From the IMG/VR virus record IMGVR_UViG_3300032322_001295, positions 23,878 to 87,877 of that record: a DNA stretch of 64,000 nucleotides. One strand, written 5' to 3'. Source of the stretch: a virus. A program made the translations under genes and the position numbers. Below are positions 56,274-64,000 of this stretch, piece by piece (the stretch's first letter is position 1; every line of letters begins with the position of its first letter). The notes below the pieces were generated by a model. That model was given only the letters and a program-made list of their open reading frames with translations, was not told where the DNA came from and did no database searches.

Positions 56274-58166
56274 ATGTTTCGCCCATTTCCAACTATGTAC
56301 AATCCGTTTTTAGTATCGGAACCAACTTATACAGCATCACAACAAACTGTTTATCCTCAAATGACAGGAGAAATAGAGGCTCAACTTTCAGATGCAAACA
56401 GATTGTACCCTAAAAATAATCCTGGTATTGATATAACTAAACAACCAGATCCACTTTATTCTATGGCAAACATAGGTATGCCGATTAGACCAAGAGAATA
56501 TAATCAACCAACTAAATTACAAGAACGACTTTCTAATTATTCTAATATTGTTAAAAACATTGAAGATGTAAAAAGTCCTTTTGCTTCTTATGGCGACATG
56601 AATAAAGAAGGTGTATTGTTACAAAAAGATATATCTACACCAGAGTATGATCAAATGACCGGTAATGTTGAAATTCCATATGTAATGGACTATACTCCAT
56701 TTGCATCTGAAGAAGAAATGAATAAGTTTTATAATCCTTCTATTCAAGAAGCTGAAATAGTTGGAAAATACTCAGAACCAATAGGACCAAAAAATTATAC
56801 ATATCAAACATTAGGACCAGAACCATACGAATATAGTAAAGAACCTATTGGTCCAATGCCATATGAATACAGTAAAGAACCAATAGGCCCTAAACCTTTT
56901 GAATACAGATATGATAAGCCAATTGGTCCAGAGCCATTTGATTATAGGTACGATAAACCAATAGGACCAGAACCTTTTGAGTATGAAAAAACAAGTCCTA
57001 ATACAGAAACAAACTTATTAACACAAACTCCTAAAAACAAGTTTGGCACTCCAGAGGCATATTATCTAGGTAAATCTATGCTTGATGCTACTGCACTTAT
57101 CAATAATATGGTACAGCCACAGCCACCATCTATGCAGATGAAAATACCTCATTACGAAAGACAAAGACTTAATCCGGAACCATACGATGCTATGCGCTCT
57201 CAGATGCGCGATCAAGGAACACAGGCATACAGACTACAAAGAGAAAACATATCGCAAGCAAGCGACCTTATGAAAGGATTAGCAGCTGTTACTTCAGGCA
57301 TTCAGCAAGGACTAATGCAAGTAGGTATGCAGCAGGCTGGCGCCGAGCAACAAATACAAGGTATCAATCAGCAGATATCTATGCAGGAGCAGCAGCAACA
57401 AACACAAATGCTAAATCAAGAATCTGCTACTAACTATCAGATACAACAACAAGCACAGCAATACAAAGACCAAATGGTATCTGCTCAGTTAGCAAGATTA
57501 GGAGATACTGCTGGCGCATATGCAAAGTATGTAAATATGAAAGATATTGTTAGCAAACAAGATGCTGTAAATAAAGCTGCTATTCAATCTACTAATGACA
57601 TTCAAAATGCAATGCTACAATATCAAATGCATAAAGATGCAATGGATTCAGATGAATATAAATCTGCATGGGCACAACATTGGACTAAAACACTAGATCA
57701 AATGTCTACAGATAAAATCAAAGACGAAAGGTTTGGTGCACTAAAAGAATATTATGGTGAAATGTCGCCAAAGTATAGTGACTATCAGAGAATAGCAATG
57801 GATCCTACATTTACTAAATCATACTATCAAAAGAAAAATGATTATGAAAACTTCCAAAGATTATACCCCGGTGGCGTAGCACCTGATAAAACAAAATATG
57901 CTAATGAAACTGATTATAATAATGCAGTTGCAGACTTCCAAAAAGCAGAAGCAAATAGTAAGGCATTTACTGAAGATAAATCATACAAACAGTTCGAACA
58001 GATGCAAGATTTTTGGACTGAAATAGGCAATGAACGCGATGAATCTGGTGAGCGAAAAAGATTTGCAGACCAGTACATGGGACAAAGAGGTTACTACACT
58101 ACAGAGCAACTATTAAAAACAGTGCAAGAGGCATTGGACCGAAGTAAGCAATCATTAGAAATATAG
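56274..58166 (+). CDS. Virion cargo protein with Pro-rich repeats and a Gln-rich coiled coil
   Basis: 630 aa; PIGPxPxEY repeats; Q/M-rich helical region like DNA-pilot or ejection proteins. Confidence 0.65.
   Translation: MFRPFPTMYNPFLVSEPTYTASQQTVYPQMTGEIEAQLSDANRLYPKNNPGIDITKQPDPLYSMANIGMPIRPREYNQPTKLQERLSNYSNIVKNIEDVKSPFASYGDMNKEGVLLQKDISTPEYDQMTGNVEIPYVMDYTPFASEEEMNKFYNPSIQEAEIVGKYSEPIGPKNYTYQTLGPEPYEYSKEPIGPMPYEYSKEPIGPKPFEYRYDKPIGPEPFDYRYDKPIGPEPFEYEKTSPNTETNLLTQTPKNKFGTPEAYYLGKSMLDATALINNMVQPQPPSMQMKIPHYERQRLNPEPYDAMRSQMRDQGTQAYRLQRENISQASDLMKGLAAVTSGIQQGLMQVGMQQAGAEQQIQGINQQISMQEQQQQTQMLNQESATNYQIQQQAQQYKDQMVSAQLARLGDTAGAYAKYVNMKDIVSKQDAVNKAAIQSTNDIQNAMLQYQMHKDAMDSDEYKSAWAQHWTKTLDQMSTDKIKDERFGALKEYYGEMSPKYSDYQRIAMDPTFTKSYYQKKNDYENFQRLYPGGVAPDKTKYANETDYNNAVADFQKAEANSKAFTEDKSYKQFEQMQDFWTEIGNERDESGERKRFADQYMGQRGYYTTEQLLKTVQEALDRSKQSLEI
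56775..56989 (+). repeat. Coding tandem repeat (about 6 units of 10-13 aa)
   Basis: EPIGPKNYTY-QTLGPEPYEYSK-EPIGPMPYEYSK-EPIGPKPFEYRYD-KPIGPEPFDYRYD-KPIGPEPFEYEK. Confidence 0.9.
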
Positions 58167-58232
58167 TAAAATATTTTTTTATTAACGCAGGCTTGTTTAT
58201 CTTTGAATGATCAAGCCTTTATTTATATAGAT

Positions 58233-61200
58233 ATGACATTCCCATCTTTCGTTACAACAGGCGGCACAGTCGACATTCCAACAGTACCTTTAGAAAGAAA
58301 GGCGCTTGATTTAACCCCTCTTATACAGCAGTTAATGATGAATAAAAAAGCATCATCAACTGGAACAACTGCTAAAGGAGATGAAAAAGATCCAGAAATA
58401 AAAGGTACAACTGGACAAACCGAACAATGGTACGACAACTATGCAAGAAATCAACAAGAAATAAAAAATCTTGTAAACTGGTATGGTACTGACGTAGTTA
58501 CTTCACGTCCTGAATACCGGAGATTGATTAATGAACAAAATGAAATTACTAATCCAGCTGTTAAACAAAGGCTTGAAAATAATAAACAAAGACTTGATGC
58601 ATACGATGCACTTGTAAAAGAAAAAGGAGCATCAGGTTTAATAAACATGGACATGCTTGGTAGAACTGGTGTAGGATTAGCGCATTCTGACTGGTCATAT
58701 TTTATGCAACGAGCTCAAACGCCTGAAGGATTAAAAGTAACTAGACCTGGTGAGTTTTCTTGGATGGAAGATTTTTCTTTTACTTCAGATATAGCAACAT
58801 TTGACGATGCATTAAAAGCGTTATATGAAAGATATGCTGGATTAGGAACAAGTGAATTTACAGATGGAGGTGGTTCCGATAATATATATCAAGATGTAAA
58901 AGATGATTGGGTGTTTTTAGTTACAGACCATAATACTTATGTTAAAACTAAAAAAAGTAATGATAATATTTATGGAGAAAATCCTAGACAAATAGGACAA
59001 TTAGAAGCAGTAAAACAACAAGCTTTGCAAAGAGCCTTTAGTGGTAGTTTTGGTAAAGGAATGGAAGGAGATGATATGGCAAGTGGTTTAGCTGGCAAGT
59101 TTTTATTATTAACATCAGAAACTGTACCTGCAAGTAAAGTTGGTCTTCCTGGAAATAAAAGTGTAAAAGCTATATTTCAAACTAAAGCTTTTAATGATGT
59201 ATTTACAGATGGTCAACCTAATCAAGGTGATTACTTAAACGAAAAAGGTGAAGTAAAAGAAGCAGAATACAAAAAAGCTGTGGAAGATTGGAATGCCAAA
59301 AATCAAGAAGCTGGTAAAAATTACTATAAAACACATGATGGATATTATTTTAAAGCAGGAACAAAAGATGAAAATGGAAATGATATTGGCGGAACATTAG
59401 ACCAAGATGCTTTGCTAGGAGATTATCAAAGATTTATATATGATATAGTAGACGCTGAAACTAATAAAAGATTAGTGACTGTTGATAGTTATAAATCAGA
59501 TCAAAACAAAACTGTTACAGCTCTTGATACTTGGCAACAAGATGCTAATGATAAAAAAGCAGCAGAATTAGATGTAGCCGCAGCAAATGAACAAAACTTT
59601 TCAGTTGGAGTTGCTACTAATCTTGGTATTTTAGAAAATGATTTTCAAAAATTATTTAATGGAGATGAAGAAGAGTACGGTGTATTTGAAATGTTAACTG
59701 ATATTTGGGATGGAGTAAAAAGTGGAGAGTTTCCTGATATAGCAAAAAAAGCTGCTGAAAAAAATGGTAAAGTTTTAACGCAAGATGATTTGAATCAAAT
59801 GACATTTGCAAGTATTTCTCCATTTGTAATCAACAAAGATCAAAATGGTAAAAAAACATATTTGCCTAATCCTGATTTTAGTGGAGAAAAAATAGATATA
59901 TATAAAGCTGCAATGAAAGAATACGCTATTAAAGAACAAGGGCTATCAGAATCTGCAGCAGAATCATACGCACAAAAGAAAACAGAAAAAGCCATTAACG
60001 CACATAAAACATTAAATGACAATTATATAGCTAAAGGCGTGCAAGGTATGACATCTTATGATGGCACCAAATCAACAATAGTTTATCAAGATGAAGAATT
60101 GATAGACTATATTAATAAAACATGGTTTGATGATGTTAATGGTAATAAAATAGGTAAAACTGCAGACGCTCTATTTAACAATCAACTAGTACAAGTAGGA
60201 ACAACAGTAGTTAATGGATCTCAATTATTTGGAAATGCATTTAGATATGAAGGAATATCAGAAGAGCATTCATTTGTTAATTTTGGATTAGCTGCTAATG
60301 CCGGAGCTAAAGCTAAATACGAAATGACGATTAATGGTGAAAAATATAAACCAGGCGCATTTATACATTTATCTGTTATTGATCAAATGACTCCAGAACA
60401 AGTTAAAGATTTTAATACTAAAGTTGATTATGGTTCAAATGGATATTGGAATGTTCAAGGAGGAATGGCTACGCAAAACTCAAAACCAAATAAAACAGGT
60501 AAAGTATATGGTATGGGCAAAAATTCTGAAATGCAGTTACACGCACTTTCAAGTAAACCCGGTGCTAATGCTATCGCAGAAAGTGGAACATCGATTACAT
60601 CTAATGTAACACTTATAGGCAAAGAAGCAGACGTATTAAAATATTGGAAAGAGAATGGAACAACACTTACAAGACAAATGCCAGCATACGCAAAGGATGA
60701 AAAGAAAAAAGAGATATGGGAAGAATCTGAAAAAGCGTTTAGTAAAGCAGAAGGAATAAGAGCCGCTAGAAGAGGAACCAATTCTGTTCAGGAACAAGTT
60801 GATGCTATTGCCACAAATGCCGGTATTACAAAAGGTTCTGCATCTTACAATAAACTGTTTCAAAAAATGAGCTCTCCTAAAACAAATGATGAAATAAAAG
60901 TTGCAATAGTAGACGCAATAGCAGAAAGCAGAGGCATGACAAGTTCTGCAAATTGGGACAAAAAACCAATACTTGTAGCAGAAACAATAGTAGATAGCAA
61001 AGGAAGAATAAAAGATTTTGCTAAATCTCAATTGTATTTACAAGAAGAAAAAAATAGTAAGGGAGAAAAACTATTAAGAGTAACATCTGCCGTAGAAGTA
61101 CAAGCACAAATGGCAGCCGCAAATAAAGTTAAGTCAAATCAAAAAATGTTAACTTATAATAATCAAAGAATAAATAAGCTTAATCAACAACAACAACCAC

Positions 61201-61238
61201 AAAGACAAATCATTGTAGATCCAATAACAGAAAAATAA
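58233..61238 (+). CDS. Large virion cargo protein
   Basis: About 1000 aa; ATG at 58233 (MTFPSF) preferred, preceded by TATCTTTG at 58198-58205; position ahead of the giant gene matches crAss-like cargo blocks. Confidence 0.7.
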   Translation: MTFPSFVTTGGTVDIPTVPLERKALDLTPLIQQLMMNKKASSTGTTAKGDEKDPEIKGTTGQTEQWYDNYARNQQEIKNLVNWYGTDVVTSRPEYRRLINEQNEITNPAVKQRLENNKQRLDAYDALVKEKGASGLINMDMLGRTGVGLAHSDWSYFMQRAQTPEGLKVTRPGEFSWMEDFSFTSDIATFDDALKALYERYAGLGTSEFTDGGGSDNIYQDVKDDWVFLVTDHNTYVKTKKSNDNIYGENPRQIGQLEAVKQQALQRAFSGSFGKGMEGDDMASGLAGKFLLLTSETVPASKVGLPGNKSVKAIFQTKAFNDVFTDGQPNQGDYLNEKGEVKEAEYKKAVEDWNAKNQEAGKNYYKTHDGYYFKAGTKDENGNDIGGTLDQDALLGDYQRFIYDIVDAETNKRLVTVDSYKSDQNKTVTALDTWQQDANDKKAAELDVAAANEQNFSVGVATNLGILENDFQKLFNGDEEEYGVFEMLTDIWDGVKSGEFPDIAKKAAEKNGKVLTQDDLNQMTFASISPFVINKDQNGKKTYLPNPDFSGEKIDIYKAAMKEYAIKEQGLSESAAESYAQKKTEKAINAHKTLNDNYIAKGVQGMTSYDGTKSTIVYQDEELIDYINKTWFDDVNGNKIGKTADALFNNQLVQVGTTVVNGSQLFGNAFRYEGISEEHSFVNFGLAANAGAKAKYEMTINGEKYKPGAFIHLSVIDQMTPEQVKDFNTKVDYGSNGYWNVQGGMATQNSKPNKTGKVYGMGKNSEMQLHALSSKPGANAIAESGTSITSNVTLIGKEADVLKYWKENGTTLTRQMPAYAKDEKKKEIWEESEKAFSKAEGIRAARRGTNSVQEQVDAIATNAGITKGSASYNKLFQKMSSPKTNDEIKVAIVDAIAESRGMTSSANWDKKPILVAETIVDSKGRIKDFAKSQLYLQEEKNSKGEKLLRVTSAVEVQAQMAAANKVKSNQKMLTYNNQRINKLNQQQQPQRQIIVDPITEK

Positions 61239-61240
61239 TT

Positions 61241-64000
61241 ATGGCAGGCGGAGACGAACAACAAAAACAACAATTCATAGATCCAATATCTTTAAGGCTT
61301 AACAATATTAATGAAAACGAAGCCAAAGAAATGGGATTTACAGTTGTTCCTATGACACTTGAAGAGAGCTTTCAAGTAAATAGACGAGCAATTGGAAACA
61401 TGAGTCCAATGCAATATCAAAAGCTATATCGAGAATCTATGGAAGAAGATATGTATGATGCTGCATGGAATAGAAGACTAGATCAAAATAGAGATGCAAC
61501 TTATGATTTTATGCAATCTACAGTAAGACCTGGTGAACAAAAACCAGGTTTGCCTATACAAGCACACCCTAAAGCATGGGGCATAAGTGCAGAAAATGCG
61601 TGGAAATATCAAAGTGAAGATTCTAATAAAAGATTATCACAAATAGGATATGAATATGGCTTAAATGGAACTAGAAGGCAAACGCTTAATAATGAACAAA
61701 TAGCTGAATCCAGGAAACAATATTGGGACCCAAAAGCTAATTTAGGCATGGGTGCATTTAAAAGCATTGAAACATACCAAAGATCTAATCATTTTGGTTC
61801 TCCTTATAGATTTGATGATGATGGTACTAAAAAAATGTTAGTAATGGATAATGCTAACAAAATGTGGGTTGAAGTTGACGAGGATGATGTTATTGCTGGT
61901 AATCAGTTAAGATCAACATGGGGTACAAAAGAAAAAGATTCTGGATTTTTTCAACATGTTTCCGATAGCTTTTATAATGGTGTTGTAGATTTAAGTTCTA
62001 ACATGTGGGGTAGTATGGTAGAATCAATGGGCACCATGGGTAAGTTTATGTCAGGAAGTGATGATGTAAACTCATGGCAAAAATGGGGTAGATCCGTTCA
62101 GAACTATGGCAATGCAAATAAATCTAAAATATCTGAAGCTGCAGAAAACGAAGGTATGTTTGGCTCTTGGAGAGCAGGATTTGGTACAGTAACTAATATG
62201 CTTCCACAACTTGCTGTACAAGCCGGTATTGGATATTTAACTGGTGGCGCATCTGCATACGTACAAGCTTTAGGTAAAGGTGGTCAGTTTGCCGCTAGAA
62301 TGATGAGTGGTGCTCCATATATGTTTGGTGCTATTTATGCTGCAAATGGAATGAATGAAGAAGGTAAAGCAGCAGGACTATCTGATAATGACAGGATGTT
62401 TATGAATCTGCTTGCTGGAGGTGCTGTGTTTGCTGCTGAAAAGTTTACATCAAAGTTTCTTGGTGCAACAGGTATAGCTGATGGATTTGCAAATAAAGCA
62501 AGTAGAGAGATTGTAGAGAAAAATATGGCTAAAGGTTATAGCGAAGTGACAAAAAAGTTTACTCCTACTATAATATCCAAAACAGCATCTAATGCAGAAA
62601 AAGAAGCTGCTAAAGAAGCAGCGTCATCTACACTTGGAAGATATTATCTTAATGGATTAAAAGCAGTCGTAACAACAGGAAATCTAGGTAAAAATTTAGG
62701 TCAAAATTTATTAAATGGAACACAAAGGTTATTAAGTGCACCAATACGTTTTGGCTATACAACTACACCAAAAACATTAATGGGTAGAACTAGAGGATTT
62801 GTTGCGTCTGCATGGGAAGAAGGATGGGAAGAAGAAATAGAAAAGCACATGAACTATTGGTTTAAAGAGGCATATAATGCAGGAATGATTGGCATTGATG
62901 GTCCTGATAAGTATGCTGCTCCTGGTAAAGGTATGTTTGACAACACAGTACATTCTAAACCTTATGATGAGTTTTTTGCTGGCGCTATTGGTGGTGGTAT
63001 TATGGGTGCTATATTTGGAGGTAGAATGAAAAGAAACTTTTCTGATAAAGTAGCCATAGAATATGCACTGCAATTTGGCGGTGATGCTGATAAAGCTGAT
63101 GCTGGATTATTAAATATGAAAGAAAGAATTGGACTTGATTCTAAAATCACAGATCCAAATGATAACTTTTTATCAATGTTTTCTGAAACAGAAAGAAAAG
63201 ATGTAAAAAGTAGAAACGATATAGCATTTGAAGCTTTAAGAGAAGATGTAAGAGCAGCATGTCAAATCATTAAAACATTTAAACTTACTGATGCTGATAA
63301 AATAGCTCGTATTGCCGGTGGTGATATGAGATTGGTAAATGACACAGTAGAAAATCTTGTTAACGCAAGAAAACTATCTACAGAAATAGAAGGATTAAAA
63401 AAACAACTTCAAGACACAAAACCTGAAGATGTAAACTACAAAGAACTAGAAAGGCAAATACAAGAAAAAGAAGTAGATTTAAAACAAGTAAGTAAACTTG
63501 CTGATGATGTATTGTCTGGAAAAGCTATTGAAAACTATAGAGCGCAAACATTTGTCCGTGGCTTGTTAGTAAATAATGAATACAATAATCTATACAATAG
63601 TATAGAAAGTGAAACGGATCCTGAAGTAAAAAGACAAAAAGCACAAAAAGCTTTTGATGATTCTATAGATAATGCGGAAAAAAGAGACTTGTGGAAAGAC
63701 CAAGAAAAAGCATTAAATCTTATTTACAATAGTAGAGAAATACTTGAACAGTTTAAGCAGTCAAAAGCTACAATAGAAGAAAGAACTAAGCAAAGTAATG
63801 ATTTTGTATCTGAGTTTGACTCTATTGATTTTAACAATCCTGATAGTATTAATGAAGTATTGCAAAAAGTAAATGGCAATCATCTTGAAGAAATTGTAGG
63901 TAAAAAGATTGACGACATTAGTAAAAAAATCAATGACGAAAGAGAAAAAATACAAAATGAACTTGATACTGATTTTAATTCGGTAAGAGATAAGTTTGGG
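61241..64000 (+). CDS. Giant virion cargo protein of the crAss-like RNAP/ejection block (3' end truncated by the window edge)
   Basis: Not in the ORF track because no stop codon occurs before the window end. ATG at 61241 gives MAGGDEQQKQQ...; Gly/Ala-rich hydrophobic helices and a WEEGWEEEIE motif as in crAss-like giant proteins. Confidence 0.8.
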   Translation, partial: MAGGDEQQKQQFIDPISLRLNNINENEAKEMGFTVVPMTLEESFQVNRRAIGNMSPMQYQKLYRESMEEDMYDAAWNRRLDQNRDATYDFMQSTVRPGEQKPGLPIQAHPKAWGISAENAWKYQSEDSNKRLSQIGYEYGLNGTRRQTLNNEQIAESRKQYWDPKANLGMGAFKSIETYQRSNHFGSPYRFDDDGTKKMLVMDNANKMWVEVDEDDVIAGNQLRSTWGTKEKDSGFFQHVSDSFYNGVVDLSSNMWGSMVESMGTMGKFMSGSDDVNSWQKWGRSVQNYGNANKSKISEAAENEGMFGSWRAGFGTVTNMLPQLAVQAGIGYLTGGASAYVQALGKGGQFAARMMSGAPYMFGAIYAANGMNEEGKAAGLSDNDRMFMNLLAGGAVFAAEKFTSKFLGATGIADGFANKASREIVEKNMAKGYSEVTKKFTPTIISKTASNAEKEAAKEAASSTLGRYYLNGLKAVVTTGNLGKNLGQNLLNGTQRLLSAPIRFGYTTTPKTLMGRTRGFVASAWEEGWEEEIEKHMNYWFKEAYNAGMIGIDGPDKYAAPGKGMFDNTVHSKPYDEFFAGAIGGGIMGAIFGGRMKRNFSDKVAIEYALQFGGDADKADAGLLNMKERIGLDSKITDPNDNFLSMFSETERKDVKSRNDIAFEALREDVRAACQIIKTFKLTDADKIARIAGGDMRLVNDTVENLVNARKLSTEIEGLKKQLQDTKPEDVNYKELERQIQEKEVDLKQVSKLADDVLSGKAIENYRAQTFVRGLLVNNEYNNLYNSIESETDPEVKRQKAQKAFDDSIDNAEKRDLWKDQEKALNLIYNSREILEQFKQSKATIEERTKQSNDFVSEFDSIDFNNPDSINEVLQKVNGNHLEEIVGKKIDDISKKINDEREKIQNELDTDFNSVRDKFG

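Noticed and set aside
56775-56989. CRISPR-like 36-39 nt periodicity
   Set aside because: It is an in-frame peptide repeat with synonymous divergence and no repeat-spacer alternation.
1104-63955. Many short ORFs antisense to or nested in longer genes (e.g. 5516..5839, 20619..21005, 35625..36029, 53398..53685, 60636..61031)
   Set aside because: They are shadow ORFs of well-supported genes, with antisense-type composition and no recognisable motifs.
1-64000. Stop-codon reassignment (TAG or TGA), as in some Crassvirales
   Set aside because: Large genes are intact under the standard code, all three stop codons end genes at tight junctions, and no suppressor tRNA was seen.
61241-64000. Calling the last ORF the virion RNA polymerase itself
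   Set aside because: No DxDxD catalytic motif was recognised in the visible ~920 aa. The polymerase domain may lie further downstream or in a later gene.

Overview
The window is a 64 kb piece of a large, AT-rich dsDNA phage genome with crAss-like (Crassvirales-type) architecture, read in the standard genetic code. The host is probably a Bacteroidota species, inferred from TAnnTTTG promoters, the lack of obvious Shine-Dalgarno sites and the parS variant present. Positions 1 to about 19.9 kb carry minus-strand early/middle genes: a spore photoproduct lyase-like radical SAM enzyme, a cluster of three tRNA-like or structured RNAs, RadC/JAB, a large ParB, SSB, an ERF recombinase, a Gp157-like protein, a membrane-anchored GH73 glucosaminidase and many small unknown genes. 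The strand switch at about 19.9-20.1 kb coincides with a compositional skew flip, and a perfect parS palindrome lies about 0.5 kb to its left. The plus strand carries spanin- and holin-like genes, RusA, fibre genes, terminase, portal, major capsid protein, ring and muzzle tail proteins, and giant virion cargo (ejection) proteins. The main candidates for an undescribed system are: (1) cargo proteins built as strings of unrelated domains punctuated by a recurring basic-hydrophobic-x-x-G(G) motif, suggesting a polyprotein processing or packaging-tag system; (2) a ParB plus parS pair at the putative origin; (3) a duplicated, covarying 5'-UTR hairpin in front of early genes; (4) tRNA mimics with no recognisable anticodon arm. 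All family assignments come from recognising motifs by eye, not from database searches.
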